Shown here piece after piece: positions 27,765 through 37,586 of a stretch of DNA of 64,000 nucleotides. Position 1 is the stretch's first letter; the number at the start of each line of letters is the position of its first letter. Location: the NCBI GenBank assembly GCA_001002285.1, contig LCLX01000001.1:316895-380894 (forward strand). Reading direction: 5' to 3'. Position numbers and translations under genes: made by a program. A model generated the notes under the pieces. The model did no database searches. It saw only the letters and a program-made list of their open reading frames with translations, and was not told the DNA's origin. This stretch comes from Microgenomates group bacterium GW2011_GWC1_46_15 (lineage in GTDB: Bacteria > Patescibacteriota > Microgenomatia > UBA1400 > UBA12028).

Positions 27765-29462
27765 TTATCTCAATGATCCATATCGCCATACTTCATACGC
27801 AGTACGTTGGTGTTCATCTTGAACTGCTTCAAGAAACGACATATTTGAGTTCATGCGTTTATCATTCGACATCTCTTCTGGTTTGAAAATAAGAATAAGT
27901 GGTTGTAAAGCTGTCCGAGTTGCAAGATCATCCCATTGAATGGTTTCAAAATAAATGTTTCCTATGCGTTTAACGTGCTGGAAATGTTCTGCATCGGTTG
28001 GATACCGTTCAATATTTTTCCAGAGCTTTTGAGGAGCATACTTCGTTTCAAACAGATACCATATATATGGAGAAGATGACGGTGACTGCGTAATCACTTT
28101 AACGTTGCCATTATTATAGTATTCATACTTTGCCAATGCCTTGCCCAACATATGGTCTTTTTCGTGAGTTACAGCGATATTTGGAATAATTGCCAAGTAT
28201 GAAACCATATACCGCGTTATGAAAAAAAGACCAGCGATGATAAAAATAACCGTGCACATTAACCGAATAATTGGTTTTTTGATTGTTGAAAACATCCACG
28301 CAATACCGAAAGCACTGAATATTTCCAGGAGTGGAAAAATTGGCGAAAGGCGCACTGTATGCTGAGGCTGGATGGTAAACGCGGGAACGGCAATTCCAAG
28401 AAAAAACCAGAGTAAATATCGTTTGGCGAGTGGATGTTTCCGTTGTTCCCAGAGCGCAAGAAATCCAAGAAGCATAAATGGCGCGGTAAATAAATGGAAA
28501 TTGGGAGTGTTTCCCGGGTTGTGGTCGCCATGATCCGTTCCATTCACGAAAAGAAAATCTCCTGCAATCACGCGGACATAATTTTGTGCAAAGGCTATAA
28601 AAGCTTGAGATGGAGTGTTTGCGATAAATATATGTAGGAATGAAAGGTGTTTCGGGAGTGCCTGTCGGTAAACAAACACCTGCCTTCGTAAACTATCAAG
28701 ATGAAAAGGAGAGATTCCTTCACTTTTATTTATATTCCCACCCAACACGCCGCCAATAAATAGAAGAAGAACAGTTGTCCCACCAATAAGAAATGAAATA
28801 AGAAGCATTTTGCTAGGGAGTTTACTCAGCGCTTTTCTATCTAAAATTGCGAGTCCCAACACAAAAAGTGGAATCAAGATATGGTAGCTATGATAGGTGA
28901 GCAGAGTGAATGACCACAGCGCTGCGGTCACGATAAAAAACCTCAAGCGTTTTGGTTGAGCAAGAGCATGAATGTATGCTGCAAATCCCCATAAAAAGGC
29001 CGCCATTGCAAGATGTGCTTCGTATGCGGTGCGTGAAAAATGATTTCCCCATGGACTAATCGCCACCAATACCATCGCGATAATGGGAAAAAACTTTTTA
29101 ACACTACTGCGGAGGTTTAACCCTTCCGCAACTTGAAATGAAAGTGTTCCAACGGCAAACAGCACAAGCCAGCCTGCCAAAAGAGAGGGAAGGCGCACGG
29201 CAAAAGGAGTAACTCCAAACGTTTGAATAAATGGAATGAGGGTGTACACATATCCAGGAAGTTTTTGGTCGCCAAACGAAGTAATGCTTATGGGAAAGAG
29301 TTTGCCATACTCGTCACGACCGGTTTTCAAGATGCTAAACGCGTTGTATCCAAGTGCCGCTTCATCGCGGTTCAGTCCTGCAGGAATTTGAGAGAAAAAT
29401 GGCAGGCGCACAATACATGAAAGAATAAATGCGAGAATAAAACCCTTCAACACAACCTTCAT
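27765..29462 (-). CDS. GT-C glycosyltransferase, PMT_2/ArnT-like.
   Basis: NRDEAALGYNAFSILKTGRDEYG...SFGDQKLPGY...AVRLPSLLAG. It is the closest paralog of the gene at 46039. Convergent with the upstream gene, with a 4 nt gap. Confidence 0.7.
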   Translation of the reverse strand: MKVVLKGFILAFILSCIVRLPFFSQIPAGLNRDEAALGYNAFSILKTGRDEYGKLFPISITSFGDQKLPGYVYTLIPFIQTFGVTPFAVRLPSLLAGWLVLFAVGTLSFQVAEGLNLRSSVKKFFPIIAMVLVAISPWGNHFSRTAYEAHLAMAAFLWGFAAYIHALAQPKRLRFFIVTAALWSFTLLTYHSYHILIPLFVLGLAILDRKALSKLPSKMLLISFLIGGTTVLLLFIGGVLGGNINKSEGISPFHLDSLRRQVFVYRQALPKHLSFLHIFIANTPSQAFIAFAQNYVRVIAGDFLFVNGTDHGDHNPGNTPNFHLFTAPFMLLGFLALWEQRKHPLAKRYLLWFFLGIAVPAFTIQPQHTVRLSPIFPLLEIFSAFGIAWMFSTIKKPIIRLMCTVIFIIAGLFFITRYMVSYLAIIPNIAVTHEKDHMLGKALAKYEYYNNGNVKVITQSPSSSPYIWYLFETKYAPQKLWKNIERYPTDAEHFQHVKRIGNIYFETIQWDDLATRTALQPLILIFKPEEMSNDKRMNSNMSFLEAVQDEHQRTAYEVWRYGSLR

Positions 29463-29503
29463 ATCTTGTAGGATACCATGGAACTACACTATACTATAGA
29501 GGC

Positions 29504-30763
29504 ATGCGAGCACAAAAACGCCCGTACCATCTCTTGCGATGGCTGATTCTCTTCTCAGTGTTTTTCTTGACTCGCTTTTGGATTCTTCAACATCCTCCAG
29601 CTTTGTACTCTGATGTAAAACATGACTATGAACGGTACGCAAACATGTGGAGATATGGACTTACTCCATACCGCCAGCATCTCTATGAGTACCCTCCGGC
29701 AACAATTCCAATTCTCTCTGCGCCTTTAGTTGTTGACCAAATAGGCGTAGGGCATTATTACCTGAACTATCGTGTTGAAATTTTCTTGTTTGAAATAGTT
29801 TTGTTCAGCATCCTCGCATATACGGTGTTCCGTTTACCGATGAAAAAATCTATGCAGTGGGGAGCAATAATGTTTTATCTTATTGCCGGAGTGTTGGCAA
29901 AAGATTTTTGGTATGAAGGACTCGATCTTATGTTTTTTGGCATTTTCTCGATACTTTTTTGTCTGATTTTGCTTGTTAAACAGCCCTCACTCTTTTCAAG
30001 AATTGTAACGTGGTCGTTATATTGGTTGACCGTGAGTATAAAAATCATGACCGCACCACTCGCGGTGCCAATCGTACTGCTCGAAATGAAAAACTGGAAA
30101 AGGGAGTTCAAAGCGATTATTGCAGGATTTCTTATTATATGGGGCTTACCACTGGCACTGTATCGCTCATCACTTTCTGTTTTTATATTTTTTCACGCGG
30201 TGAGACAAATGAAGTATGCATCATTTGGTTCATATATTGTCGAAGTTATTAATGAGTTCACAAAATCTGAACATCGTTCTGTTTCACCCCCGGACTTTGA
30301 GTGGATCGGTCCAGTAGCACATCAAGTTACTGAAATATTTAAGGTTCTCTTTCCAGCAGCGATACTCGTGGTTATGTATATTGCCTGGAAAAGATATCGG
30401 CAGCATGTGAAAGAACTCGTGAACCCGTTCACTCAATATACCTATCTCATCGCAGTTTCTTTGGCATATGTATTCGCCATTTTCTTGACGGGAAAAACAT
30501 TTTCCAGTCCATTTCATATTTGGTACATTCCATTACTCACGCTTTTTCCGTACAAAAATTTAAAACAGCAATGGTTTGCCTATGTGTCGGCGCTTCTGAT
30601 GTTGGGCATGGATACATCTTCTTATCTCATCGCGCCCAAGCTCCATATTTGGGGGAGTCCTATCACACTTACGAATGTCCGCGACGCTTTCCGTTTTATT
30701 CCCATGTTCCTCCTGTTAAGTTTTTTCTTGAAAGAAGGTACAATGGGGCTCAAGAAATCATGA
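29504..30763 (+). CDS. GT87/DUF2029-like polytopic membrane glycosyltransferase.
   Basis: YSDVKHDYERYANMWRYGLTPYRQHLYEYPPATIP matches the DUF2029 D..Y...G..PY....YPP first-loop signature. Confidence 0.5.
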   Translation: MRAQKRPYHLLRWLILFSVFFLTRFWILQHPPALYSDVKHDYERYANMWRYGLTPYRQHLYEYPPATIPILSAPLVVDQIGVGHYYLNYRVEIFLFEIVLFSILAYTVFRLPMKKSMQWGAIMFYLIAGVLAKDFWYEGLDLMFFGIFSILFCLILLVKQPSLFSRIVTWSLYWLTVSIKIMTAPLAVPIVLLEMKNWKREFKAIIAGFLIIWGLPLALYRSSLSVFIFFHAVRQMKYASFGSYIVEVINEFTKSEHRSVSPPDFEWIGPVAHQVTEIFKVLFPAAILVVMYIAWKRYRQHVKELVNPFTQYTYLIAVSLAYVFAIFLTGKTFSSPFHIWYIPLLTLFPYKNLKQQWFAYVSALLMLGMDTSSYLIAPKLHIWGSPITLTNVRDAFRFIPMFLLLSFFLKEGTMGLKKS

Positions 30764-31650
30764 ACGCACATTCCATTTCTGTCATCATCCATACAAAAAA
30801 TGCTGAAAAAACGATTGAGAAAGCGATGAACTCGGTGCGGTCGTGGGTAAATGAAGTGCTGGTGATTGATATGAGCAGTACGGACGCGACGGTAAAGTTG
30901 GCGAAAAAACTTGGCGCTGGTGTGCACATCGTGGCCGATCAAGGATACGCTGATCCCGCGAGGAACGAAGCGCTCAAGTTGGCAAAGAGTGCGTGGACTC
31001 TTGTGCTTGACGCAGATGAAGAAATTCCCCCAACTCTTGCGGAGTATCTTCAACAGATAGCTCGAAATGGTGGTGCGGACGCGTACTTTTTGCCCCGCAA
31101 GAACATGATTTTTGGAAAATGGGCAAAAACAGGATGGTGGCCGGACTACATCATCCGCTTTTTCCGCTCTGGCGCAGTGCAATGGTCGCCAGGCGTTCAT
31201 GGTACACCGGTAACAAAAGGGAAAACGGCGTATGTTCCAGTTCAAGAAGAACTAGCCATTCTGCACCATAACTATGGTTCGGTTGAGCAGTTTGTTGACC
31301 GCATGAACGTATATACCTCGTTGCAGGCGAAAGAGCACGCGGAAGAAAAGCCACTCTTGCGTGCAGGAGCGGATGAGTTTTTCAGAAGGTTTTATAAAGA
31401 AAAAGGACACGAACAGGGTGTGTACGGTTTAGCATTATCATTTCTGCAAACCATGTACATGGTAACGTTAGAAATTAAGCGGTGGGAAAAAGCAGGAATA
31501 TTAGACGAGAAAAAATCAGAAGCACTCGAAAAAGAAATGCGGATGATTGGGAAACATTTGCGGTACTGGATTGCGGATATGCACGTACACACAAGCGGTT
31601 CTCTAGTAGGTAAAACATATTGGAGAGCACGAAGAAAGTTTTGTCTATGA
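30760..31650 (+). CDS. GT2 glycosyltransferase (WaaE/KdtX-like small GT2).
   Basis: ISVIIHTKNAEKTIEKAMNSV...LVIDMSSTD...DADEEIPP. Paralogous to the genes at 38533 and 47565. The start is an ATGA overlap with the upstream stop. Confidence 0.7.
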   Translation: MNAHSISVIIHTKNAEKTIEKAMNSVRSWVNEVLVIDMSSTDATVKLAKKLGAGVHIVADQGYADPARNEALKLAKSAWTLVLDADEEIPPTLAEYLQQIARNGGADAYFLPRKNMIFGKWAKTGWWPDYIIRFFRSGAVQWSPGVHGTPVTKGKTAYVPVQEELAILHHNYGSVEQFVDRMNVYTSLQAKEHAEEKPLLRAGADEFFRRFYKEKGHEQGVYGLALSFLQTMYMVTLEIKRWEKAGILDEKKSEALEKEMRMIGKHLRYWIADMHVHTSGSLVGKTYWRARRKFCL

Positions 31651-32342
31651 ATCCTGTAAAAAATGTTAAACTTTCTGTCATTGTTCCCGCGTACAACGAG
31701 GAAAAAACAATCGCACAGATTTTAACAGTACTACTACATCAGAAAAATATCTATGAAATTCTTGTTGTGAACGATGCTTCTAAGGATAAAACAGAGCAGC
31801 GGGCAAAGTCCGTACACGACAAGCGCATTCGAGTATTTTCTCATAAAACAAACAAAGGAAAAGGTGGCGCAATTTTAACCGGTTTAGCCGAAGCAAAAGG
31901 AAACTACATTCTCATTCAAGATGCCGATATGGAGTACAACCCAAGAGAGATTGCAACGTTACTCGCTCCAATACAAGAGGGCAGGGCAGAAGTCGTGTAC
32001 GGGTCCCGCTTTTACGGCGCACACACGAATATGTTTTATTGGCATTACTTGGGAAATAAATTTCTCAACTTTGTCGTAAATATTCTGTACAACACGACGC
32101 TTTCAGACATGGAAACGTGCTATAAAGTGGTTCCAACACAAATGTTGCGAGAGCTTAACCTACAAGAAACGGATTTTCGTATTGAGCCGGAAATGACATG
32201 TAAAATGATCAAACGTGGTGTCCGTATCCTTGAAGTTCCTATTTCTTACATGGGCCGTACATACGAGGAAGGAAAGAAAATTACCTGGGTAGACGGAATT
32301 AAAGCGCTTCAAACAATTCTATACAACCGGGTTATGGGCTAA
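31647..32342 (+). CDS. GT2 polyprenyl-phosphate sugar synthase (DPM1/GtrB-like).
   Basis: LSVIVPAYNEE, VVNDASKDKT, IQDADMEYNP. The start is an ATGA overlap. Confidence 0.75.
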   Translation: MNPVKNVKLSVIVPAYNEEKTIAQILTVLLHQKNIYEILVVNDASKDKTEQRAKSVHDKRIRVFSHKTNKGKGGAILTGLAEAKGNYILIQDADMEYNPREIATLLAPIQEGRAEVVYGSRFYGAHTNMFYWHYLGNKFLNFVVNILYNTTLSDMETCYKVVPTQMLRELNLQETDFRIEPEMTCKMIKRGVRILEVPISYMGRTYEEGKKITWVDGIKALQTILYNRVMG

Positions 32343-32348
32343 ACTACG

Positions 32349-32903
32349 ATGAAACGCCTTACATTTTTTGAGCCGATTTTTCAGGAGTTGCGGATACGAA
32401 AAATTTTGCCATATCTATCCAAAGGAGGAGTACTTGTTGATGTTGGGTGCGACCAACCGCAAGTATTGATTGATCGGGTATGCGAAGAAATGAAGGAATG
32501 TATTGGCCTTGATATCGTGGTTGATCCTCATACACATGGGAACGTGCGAATTCTCCGCCAAGACTTGCAGAAGAAAATTATTTTGCCATCCAATACGGCG
32601 AACGTTATCACACTTCTTGCCGTGCTCGAACACATGAAGCATCCTGCCGACATCATCCGTGAATGTTTTCGCGTATTGAAAAAGGGTGGTGTCTTACTCA
32701 TCACTGTGCCTTCCGCCCAAAGCAAACCCCTGCTCGAACTTTTTGCGATACTTGGTTTTGTGCGTAGAGAAATGATTGAACAGCATGAGAATTATTTCTC
32801 ACACGACAAACTTCATACAATATGTAAAGATGCTGGATTTAAAACGGTGCATGTTGAGTCATTTGAGCTAGGATGCAATACATTTATTCGAGCGGTGAAA
32901 TGA
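32349..32903 (+). CDS. Class I SAM-dependent methyltransferase.
   Basis: VLVDVGCDQ (motif I) and LEHMKHP...LKKGGVLLITVP (post-II/III motifs). Confidence 0.6.
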   Translation: MKRLTFFEPIFQELRIRKILPYLSKGGVLVDVGCDQPQVLIDRVCEEMKECIGLDIVVDPHTHGNVRILRQDLQKKIILPSNTANVITLLAVLEHMKHPADIIRECFRVLKKGGVLLITVPSAQSKPLLELFAILGFVRREMIEQHENYFSHDKLHTICKDAGFKTVHVESFELGCNTFIRAVK

Positions 32904-35158
32904 AAAAAACAGCATTCATTTTGTGTATTGTGCTTTTGATCGTATATTTCCCAGTGTTCTTTTCAGGAAAAACTTGGTATTTCGCAGATAACTACGCGCT
33001 TACAGTTCCACAAAAACTATATGCGGTGGACTCAATCAAACGCGGAGTACTTCCGTTTTGGAATCCTCTTGTTCTTTCAGGATTGCCATTTCTTGCGGAT
33101 ATCAATAACTCAATGGTGTATCCATGGACGGTTTCATTTTTCCTTTTTTCTCCCGCAGTTGCGCTGAATATCACGGTTCTTTCACACCTTTTCCTTACAG
33201 GCCTTGGAATGTATGCGTTGTGCCGAGTATTAAAACAGTCGCCGTGGCAAGCGAGAATTGGTGCAGTGGCGTGGATGCTTTCGGGGCATATGGTTGCGGT
33301 GTCGAATAATGTGGCCTTGCTCCAATCCACAGCTTGGCTACCGTGGATATTTGTGTTGGTGGTTTTGGCATTGCGTGACCGTTCAAAGAAAGCATTAGCG
33401 TTACTCCCACTTGTGTTTGTGTTGGAAATTTTAGGTGGGCATCCACAGCCGCCGCTCTATATAGGAATGGTATTGGCAGTGTATCTTTTATTCGCTCCGT
33501 ACTGGAAGGTGTGGAAACGCGTGGTTATGTTTGTTGTTCCGGCAGTTGTTACCCTTGCGATGACCGCATTTCTTGTATTTCCATTTCTTCAACTTTCTGC
33601 ACGCTCGACACGTGTACACATGACGCTTAATGAGGTAATCAATGGTTCGCTTCATCCAGCACTCCTTGTTCATTGGTTTTTCCCAAATATTTTTGATAAC
33701 GCTGATCTGCGTATGGTATGGGGACCGGAATGGGGAAAACTTAAACAGACGGATGGATACATCACGCTTATTGGTATTATTGCAGTATTACTTTTTACTT
33801 GGAGGGGAAAGAAAACATACGAAGAAAAAGTACTTGTGTACTCTGCGTTGTTTTCGATATTTCTCGCTTTAGGAAAATATGTTCCCGGCATGGAAGCACT
33901 ATATGAGCGAGTTGCTATCCTTCGGCTTGTCCGGAATCCATCGGCAATGATTATCGTGTGGAGTTTTGCAGGAGCTGCGGTAGTTGGAAGATCATTTGAA
34001 TGGTTTTCCCAGCAGAAAAAACTTCTTCTTTGGCTTACTAGATGTATATTGATTTTACCTGTTGTATTGGGCTTACTTCTGGTTACGCGCGAGTGGTGGT
34101 TTGATGCTGGTTGGAACATGTTAAGCACAAGCGCGTTTCACACGTTACCTCGGGACTCTATCATTGTGCACGCGATTCTGCTTTCCATCTTTTTTACCTC
34201 ACTTTTTTTTGTTCTTGTTATGCGCGTGTTGGAAAAAAAGCGTGTGTATTGGCCGCTTGTTTTTGCACTGATTGCATTAGACATGTGGATTGCGATAAAA
34301 CCAACCATTTTTCTTGCCCCATCAAATGTGTATGACACGCGTTCAGAGCAGGCGAAGTTTCTTTCCGCGCAGCCTAAGGGATACCGGTACATCAGTGTAA
34401 ATGATTATCTCCCATACGCTGGACTTTTCTCATACTTTCACGATGTTGTAACAGCTCCACCGTTTACCACAGAAACACGTTTTACAGATATCGAAAAACA
34501 GAGTTTTGAAGAACTTCTTGGGCGTCAGCATAATCTTGTTGCTGATTGGGGAATGGCTCATAATCTTTCAACGATCTATGGATACGAAACGCTCGTGCCT
34601 GCCAATACGGCGGCATATTGGAAAGTGAATGCTGAAGGATCAGGTATTAACGAAGTTGATCGTATTCCTTTCACAGATTCTCGGATGAACGAGCAAGGTG
34701 TCCGGTATATTCTGTTAGATAAGCGTATCTATCCCGAAAACTATCTTTCTAAACAGTATCCTTGGCTAAAGATTGTGAAAAGTACGTCGGAGTTTGCTAT
34801 TTTAGAAAACTCACACGCGCTTCCCATTGTGCATCCCCGTACACCCAACAAAAACGTCCAAGTTTCTGCCATAGATGTGCGGCCAAATACTGTCGCCTTT
34901 GTTGTTTCGGCAAAAATCACGGCAGATCTTTTTATCGCTGAAACCTATTTTCCGGGATGGCGGTGCAGGATAAATGGAAAAGAATGTGTGTTAAAAGAAG
35001 TTAATGGTGGAATGAGTATGACCGCAGAACCAGGCGAATATACTGTTCTCCTCAACTTTGTTCCAGATAATTTCCCCCTGTATGCAAGAATTTCTCTCTT
35101 AGTGACGGCGGGGTACGCAGTATGGGTGTTTTTTGTTTTACGAAAAAAACTGTTATAA
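32900..35158 (+). CDS. yfhO: YfhO family polytopic membrane protein (GT-C-like glycosyltransferase).
   Basis: The N-terminal LPFWNPLVLSGLPFLADINNSMVYP matches the YfhO LPLWNPYIFSGMPLLA signature. 761 aa. The start is an ATGA overlap. A T8 tract lies in the coding region. Confidence 0.65.
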   Translation: MKKTAFILCIVLLIVYFPVFFSGKTWYFADNYALTVPQKLYAVDSIKRGVLPFWNPLVLSGLPFLADINNSMVYPWTVSFFLFSPAVALNITVLSHLFLTGLGMYALCRVLKQSPWQARIGAVAWMLSGHMVAVSNNVALLQSTAWLPWIFVLVVLALRDRSKKALALLPLVFVLEILGGHPQPPLYIGMVLAVYLLFAPYWKVWKRVVMFVVPAVVTLAMTAFLVFPFLQLSARSTRVHMTLNEVINGSLHPALLVHWFFPNIFDNADLRMVWGPEWGKLKQTDGYITLIGIIAVLLFTWRGKKTYEEKVLVYSALFSIFLALGKYVPGMEALYERVAILRLVRNPSAMIIVWSFAGAAVVGRSFEWFSQQKKLLLWLTRCILILPVVLGLLLVTREWWFDAGWNMLSTSAFHTLPRDSIIVHAILLSIFFTSLFFVLVMRVLEKKRVYWPLVFALIALDMWIAIKPTIFLAPSNVYDTRSEQAKFLSAQPKGYRYISVNDYLPYAGLFSYFHDVVTAPPFTTETRFTDIEKQSFEELLGRQHNLVADWGMAHNLSTIYGYETLVPANTAAYWKVNAEGSGINEVDRIPFTDSRMNEQGVRYILLDKRIYPENYLSKQYPWLKIVKSTSEFAILENSHALPIVHPRTPNKNVQVSAIDVRPNTVAFVVSAKITADLFIAETYFPGWRCRINGKECVLKEVNGGMSMTAEPGEYTVLLNFVPDNFPLYARISLLVTAGYAVWVFFVLRKKLL

Positions 35159-36088
35159 AGTACTGAATTTATTTGTATACTCAATCACTTTATCGATAAT
35201 TCCCCGCTCATCTCCTTTGTGTCCTGCATCCTGCACAAAAACGAGTTCTGATTGTGGTAATTTTTTGTGTAACTCCCATGCTGTTAACGGTGGACAACAC
35301 ACGTCATATCGTCCCTGAATAATTGCCGTTGGAATGTTTTGCAAAACTGTAGCCTTATCTAACAATTGACCTTCTTTAAGAAATCCATTGTTTTGAACAT
35401 AATGAAACATAATCTGTGCAGAATATATTTCGGATTCTGAGATGGGGGTTATCCGATCAACAACGGGAAAAAGTTTCATGAGATGAGCACTCCATATGGT
35501 ATATACCTTTACCGCCTTAGTAATTGCTGTTTTGTTTCCCGAGAGCAGAATCTTTTTCATTTTCTCCCCAAAGTTGTCTCCTTCAGAAAAATTTAAAACC
35601 TTACATACTTCATCCCAGACATCAGGATAAAAAAGTCGAGCATTCTTATATACCCAATCTATTTCCCATTTTCGAAAAGTAAAAACACCACGAACAATAA
35701 GTGCTTTTACATGCTGGGAATATTTTTCTGCATATGCCAAAGCAAGGGCGCTTCCCCAACTTCCACCATGAACAATCCAAGTATCAATACTAAGACGTCT
35801 GCGAATTTTCTCAATGTCTTCAACGAGCTGATCTGTTGTGTTCTCCCGCAATTCTCCAGCTGGGGTACTTTTTCCACACCCCCGTTGATCAAATAGAATA
35901 ATGTGATATTTTTTTGGATCAAACAAACAACGATGATCGGGTTTGGAATGGCTGCCTGGTCCGCCATGAAGAGCAATAATAGGTTTACCCTGGGGGTTTC
36001 CTGATTGTTCAAGATATAATGTGTGGATATTTGAAACAGGAAATTGTTCAATTTTGTATGGTTCAAAAGGGGGGAATAACGTATTCAT
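35153..36088 (-). CDS. pip: Proline iminopeptidase (S33 alpha/beta hydrolase).
   Basis: HGGPGS oxyanion region, GGSWGSALAL nucleophile elbow, and a C-terminal DAGH. Overlaps the yfhO 3' end by 6 nt, convergent. Confidence 0.8.
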   Translation of the reverse strand: MNTLFPPFEPYKIEQFPVSNIHTLYLEQSGNPQGKPIIALHGGPGSHSKPDHRCLFDPKKYHIILFDQRGCGKSTPAGELRENTTDQLVEDIEKIRRRLSIDTWIVHGGSWGSALALAYAEKYSQHVKALIVRGVFTFRKWEIDWVYKNARLFYPDVWDEVCKVLNFSEGDNFGEKMKKILLSGNKTAITKAVKVYTIWSAHLMKLFPVVDRITPISESEIYSAQIMFHYVQNNGFLKEGQLLDKATVLQNIPTAIIQGRYDVCCPPLTAWELHKKLPQSELVFVQDAGHKGDERGIIDKVIEYTNKFSTL

Positions 36089-36205
36089 GTAAGAAAATTA
36101 TACTCCATCTCTGGGGTATGCAGTGTGGGTGTATCGGGCTTTACACAAAACAGTGTAAGATGAGTAGTTGGATGTGGAAGCCTAATTAGGTCCTTTTCAG
36201 TTTAA

Positions 36206-37009
36206 CTATGAGTGAATTATTTCTTGTAACTTTTTATGAATACTGGGAGCTCCAGCGCAAATTGTAAAATTCTCTTGAAATCTTTGTAGTGGATTGGAAT
36301 AATCAATGGGTTTACCCCAAAAATCTGTTACTATTCCACCAGCTTCCTCAATAATGGATTGAATTGCAATATTATCCCAAATTTTTGTTGTTTGATTGAG
36401 AAATACGCCATATTTTCCGTCAGCCACATGCGCCATATCATAAGCACTGTTTGTTGTGCGCAAATTGCGAATGTTCAAGATAATTTTTCCAAGTACTTGT
36501 GTTTCTTCGATTGTCTTTTGTGGATTTTCCTGATGTCCATCGATTCCGTAAGCAACAAGTACGGCAAGCGGATCAGTTTTTTCGGTAACATGAATGAGAA
36601 CGCCATTGCATGTGGTACCACTTCCTTTTTCTGCCATAAATAATTGATTGAAAGCGGGAAGAACAACTCCTCCTGCTATCGGAGTCGCATTGTCGAGTAA
36701 ACCGACCATGATGCCATATGTTGGAAGTCCTGCGGCAAAATTACTTGTTCCATCGATGGGATCTACCACCCAAGTGAAACGACTTTTGTGATCAATGACA
36801 CCAACTTCTTCATCAATAATATTATAATCGGGAAAAACTTTTTGAATTTGCTGAATAATATATTTGCCGATAGCAAGGTCTGTCTCAGTCAAAACTTGAT
36901 TATTATCTCCTTGTTTTGTTGTCTCGGCGATTTTCCCAAAGTTATCATTGGCAATTCGGGAAGCCTCCGCGAGAGTTTGAGAAATAAAATCAAGATATTG
37001 TGTAGACAT
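36206..37009 (-). CDS. Inositol monophosphatase family protein (SuhB/CysQ-like).
   Basis: The WVVDPIDGTSNF motif is the IMPase metal-binding signature. 267 aa. Confidence 0.8.
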   Translation of the reverse strand: MSTQYLDFISQTLAEASRIANDNFGKIAETTKQGDNNQVLTETDLAIGKYIIQQIQKVFPDYNIIDEEVGVIDHKSRFTWVVDPIDGTSNFAAGLPTYGIMVGLLDNATPIAGGVVLPAFNQLFMAEKGSGTTCNGVLIHVTEKTDPLAVLVAYGIDGHQENPQKTIEETQVLGKIILNIRNLRTTNSAYDMAHVADGKYGVFLNQTTKIWDNIAIQSIIEEAGGIVTDFWGKPIDYSNPLQRFQENFTICAGAPSIHKKLQEIIHS

Positions 37010-37142
37010 AAATAGAGTATATCACTGTACTTCTACATTTAGGAAAATTTAGAACGATTTGAATTTCCAGAGGAAAACAGTATAGATAGTAACTAGGTGT
37101 AGAGTGTGGAACATGGATAGTGTTTTTCAAAAAAAATTGCTG

Positions 37143-37148
37143 TATAAT
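37143..37148 (+). promoter_or_regulatory. Putative -10 box (TATAAT) with an upstream A-tract for the 37168 operon.
   Basis: TATAAT lies 20 nt upstream of the ATG and is preceded by AAAAAAAATTGCTG. An AAAGGAG Shine-Dalgarno is at 37156..37162. Confidence 0.3.
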
Positions 37149-37167
37149 CTTCCGAAAAGGAGACTTT

Positions 37168-37539
37168 ATGCCATCAGAATTACAACCCAAACTTACAGTT
37201 GAATCTATCTATACTATTCGCAACATCTTGATAGATAATGGAGCAGATAGAGTAGAGGTTCCTATAGCGACGATTTACAGAGAACTTTCTGCTATTACTT
37301 CTGAAATGACAGCATTGCGAATGCTTCAAGAAGTGGCAGCTTTTGCGAAGGAAGTTGAAAGAGAAAAAGCACAAGGAGTCGCTCTTGGTTCGTCGGATTT
37401 ACGAATTGCGATAGATTCTATTTTTTACGAGCAAGGAAAAAGTGATCCTACACAATATGGACTTAAGACACAAATTGAGTTAAGGGCATGCGCAAAACTG
37501 ATTTCAATGCTCACTACGCATCCAAAAATCACTGAATAA
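37168..37539 (+). CDS. Hypothetical protein.
   Basis: 123 aa with a good Shine-Dalgarno. It is the first gene after a divergent intergenic region. No recognisable domain. Confidence 0.5.
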   Translation: MPSELQPKLTVESIYTIRNILIDNGADRVEVPIATIYRELSAITSEMTALRMLQEVAAFAKEVEREKAQGVALGSSDLRIAIDSIFYEQGKSDPTQYGLKTQIELRACAKLISMLTTHPKITE

Positions 37540-37586
37540 AATTCTTCAAGTTTCCCTTTCCCCCTCTTGATTGATACAATAGGAGC

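Noticed and set aside
30520-30759. Long N-terminal extensions in the ORF track, for example 30520 and 25994. These include 3630, 12707, 59673 and 60846.
   Set aside because: The extensions overlap the upstream gene in another frame. Internal ATGs with an ATGA overlap, a Shine-Dalgarno, or the paralog alignment give the biologically sensible starts.
6204-37009. Mobile element or genomic island boundaries around the three low-GC insertions.
   Set aside because: No transposase, integrase, tRNA target or flanking direct or inverted repeats could be found. They are reported as compositional anomalies only.
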